A DNA stretch of 64,000 bases from an uncultured Acidobacteriota bacterium (GCA_963836075.1 CAWIIB010000009.1:2464001-2528000); one strand, 5' to 3'; positions 1 through 9,743 are shown, counted from the first letter of the stretch. Numbers and translations: made by a program. The notes: a model not told the origin generated them from the sequence alone.

Positions 1-1182
1 GCACTGCACCCGCAGCGAGAGGCCGGCCAGCACGGCATCGACGATCACCTGCCGCATCTCCTCCGGTTCAGTCTGTTTCCCCATCAGCTGCAGCATCCGT
101 CGGGAGCCGTGCTCGGCGCCGAGGAACAGCCGGCTGAACCCGGCGCGGTGCATCAGCTCCAGCAGCGGGCGGGGCAGCCTGGCCCCCTGGATGAAGGCGA
201 AGGAGAAGGCGGCCTCGGGCAGCTGGTGGATGACCAGACGGCAGAACCGTTCCAGCCAGCGCGCGGAGAAGTTGACCAGGCTGTCGCAAACGTAGAAGAG
301 CGATACGCCCCAGGTGTCGCGCAGCTGCTCCATCTCCTGCACCACCGACTCCGGGCTGCGGGAGCGGAACCGCCCCCAGAGTTTCTGTTCGGTGCAGAAG
401 ACACAGCGGTTGACGCAGCCGCGGGAAAAGGAGATGGGCAGGCCCTCGAAGTCGCGCTGCAGGTAGTCGCTCAGCCGGCCGCCGGGCCAGGGGAAGCCGG
501 TGTAGTCGGGGCGGGGGAGCTGGTCCGGGTCGGCCGGAGGCCGCGGGGTGCAGCTGATCCTGCCGTCACGGATCACCGCCGCCCCGGCAACCTCTTCGCC
601 CGGGCCGGCGCCCACCAGCTCGGCCGCGGTCAGCTCACCCTCGCCCACCACGCAGACATCGGCCAGGCCGTTGCCCAGCAGCAGGGCCCGCACCTCTTCG
701 TCGAACACCCCGGGGCCGCCGAAGACCAGCCGCACCTGCGGGTTCAGACGCCGCACGGCCCGGGCGGCCAGCATGGTGGGCCAGAGGTTGCTGACAAATG
801 TGGAAAACCAGACCTCGGTGGCTCCACCGGCGAGAATCCGCTCCATGGCCGCCCCGGCCCAGCGGGCCGCCTGCTCCGCGTCCTCCCGCGCCCGGGGATC
901 CCTGCGGCCCAACGCCTCCAGTCCCTCCCGGTTTTCGAACAGTGAGTGGAAGACCAGGTCGGCGTCGGTGCTGCCGAGGAAGTTAACCGTCTTCGGGTCG
1001 CCGCTCCAGGCGTGGTGGTGCAGCCGCTGGTAGAGTGAAAAATTACTGACGCTCAGCTCCAGGTCCAGGTCGTACGTCGCAACCTCGGCCCCGGCCTGCC
1101 GCAACGCGCCGTTGATGCAGGCCAGACCGAGAGGAACACTTTTGTTGGTGTAGGTGGGCAGGATGACCAGGGCGATAGGCAT
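1..1182 (-). CDS. B12-binding radical SAM protein (3' end runs off the window)
   Basis: Manual translation from ATG at 1182 (MPIALVILPTYTNKSVPLGLACING...) gives a cobalamin-binding-type N-terminus, then FSRGCVNRCVFC (CxxxCxxC) and LFLGAEHGSRRMLQLMGK. Absent from the ORF track because there is no stop in the window. Confidence 0.85.
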   Translation of the reverse strand, partial: MPIALVILPTYTNKSVPLGLACINGALRQAGAEVATYDLDLELSVSNFSLYQRLHHHAWSGDPKTVNFLGSTDADLVFHSLFENREGLEALGRRDPRAREDAEQAARWAGAAMERILAGGATEVWFSTFVSNLWPTMLAARAVRRLNPQVRLVFGGPGVFDEEVRALLLGNGLADVCVVGEGELTAAELVGAGPGEEVAGAAVIRDGRISCTPRPPADPDQLPRPDYTGFPWPGGRLSDYLQRDFEGLPISFSRGCVNRCVFCTEQKLWGRFRSRSPESVVQEMEQLRDTWGVSLFYVCDSLVNFSARWLERFCRLVIHQLPEAAFSFAFIQGARLPRPLLELMHRAGFSRLFLGAEHGSRRMLQLMGKQTEPEEMRQVIVDAVLAGLSLRVQC

Positions 1183-1261
1183 GGGGTAGTCTGCTCCTAT
1201 CCCCTGGCCGCGGTGAAGGCGGCGGCCTGGACCAGGTCTTTGGTTGTCATGCAGCGGATGG

Positions 1262-1747
1262 TCATTTGTGATACTTCTCGCCGCTGACGATGGTCGCCGC
1301 GCGGTAGAGCTGCTCCAGCAGCAGCACCCGGGCCAGCTCGTGGGGCAGGGTCAGCAGGGATAGTGACAGCTTGTCGTCGCAGCTGTCCAGCGTTTTGGAC
1401 GAATGCCCCACCGGGCCGCCGATGAGCAGGGCCAGCTTACCGTAGACCTCCAGCTGCTTCTCCAGGAATCGGGCCAGCCCCGGGCTGTCCAGCTGCCGCC
1501 CGCCGCCGTCGAGGGCGATGCGGCGCCCGGCTCCCTCACTGGCCTCCAGCAGCAGCCGGCCCTCCTTTTCGGCGGCCACGTCGTCGGGGTCACCGCGGCC
1601 CACAGAGTCCTTCACCTCCACCAGCCGGGCCGAGGTGTAACGGTTGAGCCGGCCCAGGTAGTCCTCCTGGGCCGCCTTCCAGTGGGCGGTCTTCAACTTG
1701 CCCACCGCCGCGATGAGGATCTGGCCGCCAAGTTTCTTCACTGTCAC
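1262..1747 (-). CDS. rlmH: 23S rRNA (pseudouridine1915-N3)-methyltransferase RlmH
   Basis: AVGKLK N-terminus, IGGPVG, LSLSLLTLPHELARVLLLEQLYRA, and C-terminal GEKYHK are SPOUT RlmH signatures. Confidence 0.93.
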   Translation of the reverse strand: MTVKKLGGQILIAAVGKLKTAHWKAAQEDYLGRLNRYTSARLVEVKDSVGRGDPDDVAAEKEGRLLLEASEGAGRRIALDGGGRQLDSPGLARFLEKQLEVYGKLALLIGGPVGHSSKTLDSCDDKLSLSLLTLPHELARVLLLEQLYRAATIVSGEKYHK

Positions 1748-2218
1748 TTCCCCTGCAGCATGCTTTCCGGCATCTGGACGCAGAGCACCTCACCCCGGGC
1801 GCAGACCTTGCCTTCTGCAGAGAGGGTGGAGCTGACCAGCACCTTGCGCCCCTTGACCCACTCAATCTTCCCCCGGATCTCCAGCACCACACCCAGGGGG
1901 GTGGGGCGGAGGTAGTCCACCTTCAGCATTGCCGTGACGTAGCGCAGCGGGGGCAGGCTGTCCATGGGACGGCCCTCCTCGCGGTAGCCCGCGGCGGCCG
2001 CGGTGCCGGTGGAGTGACAGTCGATGAGCGAGGCCACCATACCGCCGTAGACATACCCCGGTATGGCGGTGTGACTGCGGCCCGGGAGTGTGGCGGCAGA
2101 CCGTCTCCTCGCCGTCCCAGAAGCTCTTGATCCGGTGCCCCTTCTCGTTCAGCCGGCCGCAGCCGAAGCAGTGGGACACGTCCTCGGGGTAGTAATCCTG
2201 GAATGCTTTTTCGGTCAT
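1744..2218 (-). CDS. PaaI/hotdog-fold thioesterase, one frameshift near 2075
   Basis: ORF 1862-2218 (AFQDYYPEDVSHCFGCG) joins ORF 1744-2040 (GGMVASLIDCH...YVTAMLKVDYLRPTP) if one extra base is removed, restoring HTAIPGYVYGG. Overlaps both neighbours by 4 nt. Confidence 0.8.
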
Positions 2219-4719
2219 TTTTTCTCCAGTATCTGGGCCAGCACCTCGTGGCGCGGGTTGATGGTCAATCGCTCGGGCTTCGCCGGCACCGGGAACTGGA
2301 ACCGCTTTGACGACTGGTCCAGGGGCAGCAGCACCTGGCTGACCCGCTCCTCACCGAAGTCGATCCAGACCGGGACCACCACCTTGAAATCGGCCGGCAC
2401 GTCGCTCTTCTCGATCTCGATCTGCAGGTCGTAGGTTCCTTGGGGATTCGGCGTTTCCGACACCTGCCAGCCCCAGGTGAGCGTGGGGGTGCCGCGGCCA
2501 AAGACCCACTGGTCGAAGAACCAGCCCCAGCTGGATCCGGTGACCCGTTCCACCGTGTTGATGAAATCGGCGGTGCCGGCCCGGCCCCCGGCGTGGGCCC
2601 GGTAGAAATCGCCGATGATATCGCGGAAGAGGTCCCGCCCCCCGCTGTCCGGGTTGTTGTCCAGCAGCTTGCGCAGCATGTGCAGCACCAGCACCCCGCG
2701 GCGCAGGTTGTAGGCCGAGTAGGCGTATGGCACCTCGGCCGGGCTGGATCGGAAGCCGAGGCCGATGGGCCCCATGTCCTTCAGGTGGCGGGGCTCCCAC
2801 CGGACCTTGATCAGCGGGCTGGGCAGCAGCACCACCTCGGTGTCGCTGAGCAGGCCGCGGGGCACCGGGCTGCGCACCCGGTCGAACTCCGGCATGACCA
2901 GCAGCGCCGACATACCCCGGGAAACCCCCTTCTGGGTGGGCACCATCTGGGCGTTGAAGGTCCTGATGATCTGCTCGTAATAGCCCCGGTGTTCGCCAAC
3001 CGCCTCGATGCAGAGCAGGGTGCTGAAATCCACCAGGGCGTCGGCCAGCCACTGGTCGCGGTAGTCGGGCCACTCCATGGTCCAGGACCAGAACTGCGCC
3101 GCGGCCTCCCGCCCCCGGAGCAGCTGGGAGAGCCCCGGGCTCTCGCGGTTGTAGGCCAGCACGTTGAGGTTGACGAAGCCGACGTAGGACTGACTGAAGC
3201 CGGTGACCCGGGCGGCCAGCAGGCGGTCCACCGGCGACTGGGCCTTCAGATACTCCTGGAGAAAGGCGACGCAGTCGAGGATGTCCCGGCCCACGTTGCG
3301 CCGGACGTCGTCGATGGTGATCCCGTCCACGGTGCCGAAGGAGTTCACCGGGGGCAGGCCGTCCCGTTCCACCAGGACCTCCTTGAAGCCCTTGCCGTAG
3401 GAAAAGCCCACAGCCTCGCACGGCTCGTCAATCAGCCAGACCGTCCGCGCCGGTTTCGCATCGGCCTCCTCGCTTTCCAGCCGGCCGCTGGCCCGGATCT
3501 GGATTTTTTTCGGGTGGGTCACGGTTATCCGGGCGGTGTGCTCGTCCCGCGGCCGGTCCGCCGGCCGGGGATACCAGTCGCGGCCCAGCACCTGGTTGCT
3601 GGTGCGGATGCTGTAGTCGATGGTGAGTTGCGTTTCTTCACCCGCCGCCAGCGGCTCCTCCAGCAGCACCACCAGCGACTCGTCGTAAATCGTCCTGTAG
3701 ATGATCACCGCCCGTTGGCCCAGATGATCGCGGATGAAGGGCAACGGCCGGCCGCCGGCGTCGCGAACGGCGTCCACCCTGGCCTGGGGCTCCAGCAGCA
3801 GCGGCACCGCCTGCATCCCCTCCACTTGCGGGACAAAGGTGATCGTGGCGCTGAACTCGGTCCAGGGCCACTGCCGTTTCTGGCCGTATCGATTTCCCTG
3901 AGCGACGCTGCCCTGGGCGATGTCGTGGGCCTCGCGGCCGCCGTGGTTCTCCAGGTCGGCCCTCAGCTCGGCGTGGGTGATGTCGATCAGCGGCTGCCGG
4001 TCACTGCCCCCTCCCGGGAGGTTGACCCAGACCTCGGGGTGGTCGTTGGTCACCCGGCAGAATTCCAGCCGGATCTCCTCCCGGTGAAACGGTTCGAACT
4101 CCCAGGTCAGCGGCCCGAACTCGCTGGTTTCCATCTCGGCAATGAGGTAGCGGTCGCCGGGGATCAGCCGCCCCGCGGCCACCCGGGCGTCCACGTCCCG
4201 GCGGGTGTTGCGGAGCCAGCGCTGGTGGCTCGCCTTCAGATCGTCGTTGTCTTCGAGCATGGCGCTCTTCAGCGGTGCGGGTAGCAGCGGGGCCAGGTCT
4301 TCGGCGCTGCGCAGGGTGAGAAGAGTAAAAACGAACTCGAGGGTTTCCAGCGGCTCGGTGCCGGAACGGAAGGCGAAGTTTTCGCGCTCCCGCGGGTCGG
4401 GCACCGGCAGGGTGAACCGCCCCTGGCCCCTGAAGACCATCCCGGTGAGCGCGCCGTCGGGCGCCGGGGCCATGACGAAGATCTCACCGCTCTCCAACAG
4501 CCAGGTCGCCCCGCCCCTTTGTAGGCGAAGCCCCTCCGGAGGCACCGGCAGCGGCGTGGCACCGGTCTGCCACTCCAGGCTCCGCTGGTACCAGTCGGCC
4601 CAGTCGGCACTGCTGCCGGCATTTGCCGGGGCCGCCAGGAGAGTGAAGAGCAGGCTGATAGCGAGCCAACGGAAGACCGGTGGACCCGTAAACGCTGAAC
4701 TGAGTCGGCGGTTTTCCAT
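2215..4719 (-). CDS. Secreted M1-aminopeptidase-like protein with degenerate zinc motif
   Basis: Signal peptide (LLAAPANA). C-terminal M1-like motifs YRDQWL, VLHMLR, WFFDQWVFG, INPRHEVL. HExxH reads REAAA. Confidence 0.75.
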   Translation of the reverse strand: MENRRLSSAFTGPPVFRWLAISLLFTLLAAPANAGSSADWADWYQRSLEWQTGATPLPVPPEGLRLQRGGATWLLESGEIFVMAPAPDGALTGMVFRGQGRFTLPVPDPRERENFAFRSGTEPLETLEFVFTLLTLRSAEDLAPLLPAPLKSAMLEDNDDLKASHQRWLRNTRRDVDARVAAGRLIPGDRYLIAEMETSEFGPLTWEFEPFHREEIRLEFCRVTNDHPEVWVNLPGGGSDRQPLIDITHAELRADLENHGGREAHDIAQGSVAQGNRYGQKRQWPWTEFSATITFVPQVEGMQAVPLLLEPQARVDAVRDAGGRPLPFIRDHLGQRAVIIYRTIYDESLVVLLEEPLAAGEETQLTIDYSIRTSNQVLGRDWYPRPADRPRDEHTARITVTHPKKIQIRASGRLESEEADAKPARTVWLIDEPCEAVGFSYGKGFKEVLVERDGLPPVNSFGTVDGITIDDVRRNVGRDILDCVAFLQEYLKAQSPVDRLLAARVTGFSQSYVGFVNLNVLAYNRESPGLSQLLRGREAAAQFWSWTMEWPDYRDQWLADALVDFSTLLCIEAVGEHRGYYEQIIRTFNAQMVPTQKGVSRGMSALLVMPEFDRVRSPVPRGLLSDTEVVLLPSPLIKVRWEPRHLKDMGPIGLGFRSSPAEVPYAYSAYNLRRGVLVLHMLRKLLDNNPDSGGRDLFRDIIGDFYRAHAGGRAGTADFINTVERVTGSSWGWFFDQWVFGRGTPTLTWGWQVSETPNPQGTYDLQIEIEKSDVPADFKVVVPVWIDFGEERVSQVLLPLDQSSKRFQFPVPAKPERLTINPRHEVLAQILEKK

Positions 4720-4779
4720 CCGCTGCCTGCCCCCAGTGGTCGTCGGGATACGTCAAACAACGAGGTGAGAATGATTTAC

Positions 4780-4808
4780 AGTATTGCCCCGCGCATGGTT
4801 ATTGTCAA
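4780..4808 (-). promoter_or_regulatory. Putative sigma70 promoter for the 4719-start operon
   Basis: TTGACA-N17-AATACT on the minus strand about 60 bp upstream of the ATG at 4719. Confidence 0.5.
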
Positions 4809-4920
4809 ACATTTCGGGAGGAATTGCCTCAAAGGCTACCGCGAGGTCTTACGCCTGCCGGCGTCCGAAAGGAGCTACCGCCGCTAGCCGCACCACCCTG
4901 TCCCGTACCATTCGAGGGTT

Positions 4921-6638
4921 CATGTCACGCAAGGCGCTGGTGCGTGTTCTGATTCCCGCGTTTCCGATCCGTCAACCGCGGTTGACACGACCCCGTCGCT
5001 ACCTTTCGTTTGCTGACCAGCCTGGCCCCCGGCCCCGATCTTGCTCCTCCCGGTCTGCATGGGCCAGGAGACGAAGGGCATCTACCGGCCCCGGCGGCCG
5101 GAGCGGACCGACCTGCACCTGGCGGTCCGCGAGAACCTCGAGCTGTTCCTCGAGACTTACGACGAGCGGTTTCTCGACCGGCACGGCCCGCTGACCGATC
5201 GGGCCCGCCGCACGCTCGAAGAGTATCTTCGCTGCGGGATCCTCGCCGCCGGGTTCGCCCGGGTCCGTTGCGGGGACTGCGGCCATGAACAGCTGGTGGC
5301 CTTCTCCTGCCAGCTCCGCGGCGTCTGTCCCTCATGCCAGCAGAAGCGGGCCGAGATCCTCTGCCGTTTCGTCATCGACGAGGTGATCGAGCCGGTGGGG
5401 CACCGCCAGCTGGTCTTCGTCCTGCCCAGACACCTGCGCCGGCCGTTCTACCGCGACCGCCGGATGCTCACCGGCCTCTGCCGCTCTGCCGTGGAGGCGA
5501 CCCACGCTTTCTACCGCACCGGCCTGGGCCGGGACGATCTGAGAGTGGGGATGGTGGTGGTTCCCCAGCGGTTCGGTGACCGGGTCAACCCGCACATCCA
5601 CCTGCACGCCATGGCCACCGACGGCGCCTTCGACGCCGAGGGGGTCTTCCACCCGATGCCCTTCGACATGCAGGGGGACATCGAGGTGCTGGAGCGGCTG
5701 TTCTCCCGGCGGGTGCTCGACCTGATGGTGCGGCGCAAGCGGCTGAGCGTTCGACTGCGCGACGAGATGCTGAGCTGGGAGCACAGCGGCTTCTCGGTGG
5801 ACGGCTCGGTCAGGGTGGCGGTGGGGGACTACGGGCGCCTCAGGCGGCTGGTGCGCTACCTGGCGCGGCCGGCGGTGTCGGCGGAGCGGGTGTTCTACGA
5901 CCGGTCGAGCGGCACGGTCACCGTTCGGAGCTCGAAGAAGGTGCAGGGCGTCCGCCCGGTGGTGGCGCGATACGACGCGCTGACCTTTTTGTCGCTGCTG
6001 GCGCTGCAGGTGCCGCCGCCCGGGGTGCACATGGTGCGCTACTACGGCCACTACTCGGTGCGGAGCCGGGCGGAGCGGAGGAAGAGGGCTCGGGAGGGGA
6101 CGGCCGGGATTCGCAGCGAAACGCCGCCGCCGGCGAGCGAGCGGCGGCGGAGGTGGGCGGAGCTGATCCGCCTGGTGTTCGAGGCGGACCCCCTGCGCTG
6201 CGACACGTGCGGGGGCGTGATGAAGGTCGTCTCGTTCATCTCGACGGCGCAGTCCGGGGTGATCCGCCGCATCCTCGAGCACCTGGGGGTGAGCACGGTG
6301 GTCCCCCGGGCCCACGGTCCGCCGGGGTGGGCCGTGAAAAGCGAACGGCGGGTTCAAGGCGTGTTGCTCCGGGCCGAGGAGGACTTTTCGCAGGCGCCAC
6401 CCGATTGGGACGAGTGGGAGCCGGCTTGAGGCCCGGGGCCGGAACCGTGCCCGACGGCGAAGTGCGCCCGATTTCAGCCTTTGATGCCTATCGGTCAGCG
6501 AATTGTGGGGCAAACCACTACCCACTCGGCAGCAACGGCCCTGCACGCCCCTTCGATCCCCTTGAATCCGGGATCGAGTGCCGTTGCGGGCGGCCCGAGG
6601 AAGCACATAGCTTGACTGAGAAAAAGCTTTTCACTATA
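4921..6638 (+). mobile_element. IS91/ISCR-like rolling-circle insertion sequence, copy 1
   Basis: 4920-6641 is repeated at 13579-15300 (offset 8659). No terminal inverted repeats. Left end starts CATG with a hairpin (CACGCA..TGCGTG). Right end ...AAAAGCTTTTCACTATA is oriIS-like and followed by CATG. Confidence 0.9.
5059..6429 (+). CDS. IS91-family (HUH/Y2-type) transposase
   Basis: Zn-binding CGDC...FSCQLRGVCPSC, HUH motif NPHIHLHAM, RLVRYLARP (ISCR-like RxxxY), VRYYG, C-terminal CDTCGG. Confidence 0.92.
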   Translation: MGQETKGIYRPRRPERTDLHLAVRENLELFLETYDERFLDRHGPLTDRARRTLEEYLRCGILAAGFARVRCGDCGHEQLVAFSCQLRGVCPSCQQKRAEILCRFVIDEVIEPVGHRQLVFVLPRHLRRPFYRDRRMLTGLCRSAVEATHAFYRTGLGRDDLRVGMVVVPQRFGDRVNPHIHLHAMATDGAFDAEGVFHPMPFDMQGDIEVLERLFSRRVLDLMVRRKRLSVRLRDEMLSWEHSGFSVDGSVRVAVGDYGRLRRLVRYLARPAVSAERVFYDRSSGTVTVRSSKKVQGVRPVVARYDALTFLSLLALQVPPPGVHMVRYYGHYSVRSRAERRKRAREGTAGIRSETPPPASERRRRWAELIRLVFEADPLRCDTCGGVMKVVSFISTAQSGVIRRILEHLGVSTVVPRAHGPPGWAVKSERRVQGVLLRAEEDFSQAPPDWDEWEPA

Positions 6639-6882
6639 CATGGGAAAATTGCCGAAGCAGAAGCGGGAAATGTTGCGCGAGCACGCGAAATAATCGAGGA
6701 AAATCCACACCTGTCCCAAATGAAGCGCAAGCTTGATGAGATCAATAATCAAGATGAACGGTCGGGTAGATAGGTAACAAAAGAATCCATGTGTCACGGC
6801 CCTTGCTGAACGATCGGTTTAAAGCCTGTCCGTCGGTGATGGACTTAAAGCTTGAGAGGCTGAACTCAACAGACAAGAACAA

Positions 6883-6962
6883 TTTTCTATTGAGTATGAT
6901 GCGGCAGTAGGGCTAAGTCTTTATTTATCGTCCCAACTCCACCCTAAAAACTCAATAGAAAA
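6883..6962. repeat. 13-bp perfect inverted repeat TTTTCTATTGAGT / ACTCAATAGAAAA
   Basis: Arms at 6883-6895 and 6950-6962. The 12-mer CTCAATAGAAAA recurs at 9553-9564. Confidence 0.7.
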
Positions 6963-7181
6963 CCTTGGAGGTAGCTAATCGCGGCGAAGATCGGATTTAC
7001 CGCATGATCCTGACTGTGTGATAAAAGCCCCCTCCACGTCTGAGCCATATCTTACCATTACCGGCGTAAAAAGTCGCGTCCTACGCTGTCCTACAGCGTT
7101 CTAGCGATGATTCTGGGCGAGGTGTTGATGCTATTTACGGAATTCCACAGGGAATTCCTGACCATTGTCGGTACACAGCAA

Positions 7182-7210
7182 CACCGGCCCAGAGAGTCCC
7201 CTGAGCCGGT
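7182..7210 (-). terminator. Hairpin downstream of the beta-helix/FG-GAP gene
   Basis: ACCGGC...GCCGGT stem about 30 bp past the stop at 7243. Confidence 0.4.
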
Positions 7211-7242
7211 GCCATGATGTCGATCAGGGTAGATCTCCCTAC

Positions 7243-9438
7243 TCAGAACTCCCCGCCGTCACGTTCGTCCCGTAGTACATTTCCCTCGAAGGCCTCCAGC
7301 GAGAACCACAGGGTCTGACCAGAGCCATCGTATTCGTAAACTTTCACTTCAGTGCCAGCATCCGGATCAGGGCCGCAGCCCACCACCATTCGGCCCGGCC
7401 ATCGCCGTTCAGGTCGGCCCCGGCAAAGACATTGGCACCGTATCGCATCATCAGTCCCAGGCAAAGAAGCTCAGGCCGGGCAGGGATGTGATCGATGAGC
7501 CGTCATAGTTCCAGCCACGGACATGGGCACCGAAAACGCCCCCGGCCCGGCACCGGTGACGATCTCGTCGATCCCGTCTCCGTCCACGTCTCCGCAGGTG
7601 ACGTTCACACCATATTTCTGGGTGCCGTAGGCAAAGAAGCTCACGCCCGGGTATGGACGTCGCCGCGCCACCGTCCACGTTCCAGCCTCTGACATGCGGC
7701 CCATAGACCGCCCCGGGGCCTGCGCCGGTGACGATCTCGTCATAGCCGTCACCGTCGATGTCTCCCGCCGAGACATTCACCCCCCACTTGGGCGTGCCGT
7801 AGGCGAAGAAGCTCACACCCGGGATGGCGGTCACCGTCGCCGGTGCCGTCGTAGTCCCAGCCCCGGACATGAGGGCCGAACACAGCGCCGGGACCGGCAC
7901 CGGTGATGATCTCGTCGAATCCGTCGCCGTCGATGTCGCCGGCGGCCACGTTGACGCCATACTTGTTGGTGCCGTAAGCGAGGAAACTCAGTCCGGGCAG
8001 GGGCGTGCCGTCCACCTCGAAGCCCCGCACATGAGGTCCATAGATCTCACCCGGGCCTGCGCCGGTGAGGATCTCGTCGAGCAGATCACCATTCACATCC
8101 CCGCAGGTCACATTGACCCCGTAGTGATCGGGACCATATGCCTCGAACTCGTATTCATGCACGGCGTCTTGTTCTGGAGGAAACACCCGCACCAGCGGCG
8201 GATTCTCATAGGCCGGGCCGGGGCCAGTGACCACACGAAATTCCAGGAAACGGATAGTGGTAACCCATGTCCACTACCCCAGTATCCTGAACTGAATCGG
8301 TGCGTGTTGTTCCCTCGATCATGTCGCTCTCAGGGTCGCCTGCTGTCCACGCATGGACTGTTTTCGGCCTGCCCAGCAGCAATCTGGCTGAGGTAGTAAT
8401 CTCCCAGCGGACCGGTCGACGAAAAGCGGATCGGCATCGATGTTGCCCTCGCCCGACCAGCCGCCCTGAACATCGGAGTAAGAGACCGTTAGGCCCGACT
8501 CCACACTATGTTATCTCGGAGAGTTGTTCCAGACGATGCAGTTGGTGATCGTTGGCGAGGATGAGTAGAAGCCTAGATCCCACCACCACTGAATGCCCTG
8601 CTTCGTTTTCGCTGAAGGTGCAGTTGGTGATTGTTGGCGAAGCAGGACTCCCAGCAGCAGATCCCACCACCATCAAGCCTGCTACATTCACGCTGAAGGT
8701 GCAGTTGGTGATCGTTGGCGAGGACTCGCAGCAGTAGATCCCACCACCTCAATATCCACTGATTCGTTCTCGCTGAAGGTGCAGTTGGTGATCGTTGGCG
8801 AGAGAATCCTAGCAGCCGATCCCACCACCATACATCTTCCGCTTCGTTACCGCTGAAGGTGCAGTTGGTGATCGTTGGCGAGGAGGACCTCCACTGCAGT
8901 AGATCCCACCACCATCATAAGCTTGATTTGTTATCGCTGAAGGTGCAGTTGGTGATCGTTGGCGAGCGAGGACTCATACCAGCAGGCGATCCCTCCCCCA
9001 GATTCCAGTGCCCTGATTGGCTATAAAGGTGCAGTTGGTGATCGTTGGCGAGGAGTCGGAGCAGTAGTCACATCGCCAGCAGTATCCCACCATCCGTGTA
9101 CACTCCATACCCATTTTGAATGGTGAATCCATCCAGCACAGAATCTTCATCCTCACCGTCTGTGGAAATAGAATCCGCGGACCCTCCTCCTCACAGTCGA
9201 TGATGCAGTTCTCCGCCCCGTTCTCCGACCTGACGGTGATCGCCTTGCCGAAGAAATCGATGTCACGGTTCCCGTCACCGGTGTAAGTGCCGTCGGCCAC
9301 CAGCACCGTGTCACCGTCCACCGCGGCATCGATGCCCGCCTGAATGGTGGGCTGGTCGCCGGGGACGTGGATCGTGTCTGCCATACCCAAAACCGGAAAC
9401 ACCATGAAGAGCATAAGAACTAACATTGCGTGTCTCAT
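7243..9438 (-). pseudogene. Secreted right-handed beta-helix (pectin-lyase-like) protein with C-terminal FG-GAP-like propeller; multiply frameshifted
   Basis: AGGAGG RBS and ATG at 9438, signal peptide, TIHVPGDQPTIQAGIDAAVDGDTVLVADGTY, repeats SPTITNCTFS..GGGIYC, SYSDVQGGWSGEGNIDADPLFVD, then TGAGPGAVFGPHVRGW repeats ending ...AGEF. Pieces fall in all three frames. Confidence 0.8.
8537..9055 (-). repeat. Seven tandem ~80-87 bp coding repeats (beta-helix coils)
   Basis: GCTGAAGGTGCAGTTGGTGATCGTTGGCGAG at 8611 (one mismatch), 8692, 8772, 8852 and 8936, with partial copies near 8537 and 9025. Most interstices also carry GATCCCACCACC. Confidence 0.9.
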
Positions 9439-9743
9439 AACATACCTCCTTATCAATGGGTTGTGAGAAATGAAGCACAAGTCGTTTCGCAGAACCCGAT
9501 ATGCACGTAAATTTCTTCTCCACTTATAACTGCGTAATCTCTCCGGAAAATCCTCAATAGAAAAATCGGCCAAACAAATATGATTGACGAAACGTTGCTC
9601 GATTTGTCTGACACATGCAAGGCAGTTGAAGCACATATCAGTCCCAGGAGCAGTGAAATATTGAGAATCGGCCAAAATTGTGGATAATGAGGAAAAGTCG
9701 AGGATTCAGCTGAGCATTCTGAAAAACGACAGAGGGTGGTGCC

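Noticed and set aside
2060-2090. Programmed frameshifts at about 2075, 19120 and 37455
   Set aside because: No slippery heptamers. Single-base indels in ordinary enzymes are more simply sequencing errors.
5332-6606. 424-aa antisense ORF in the IS (also 13991-15265)
   Set aside because: Shadow frame of a GC-rich transposase, Arg/Pro/His-rich with no motifs.
6639-6773. Gene interrupted by IS copy 1
   Set aside because: Joining the flanks gives short open frames in several phases, none with a clear start, RBS or recognisable motif, so I did not call it.
8537-9055. CRISPR array (31-bp repeat with ~50-bp spacers)
   Set aside because: The spacers share a conserved GATCCCACCACC core, the repeat translates as SPTITNCTFS inside a beta-helix gene, and no cas genes are present.
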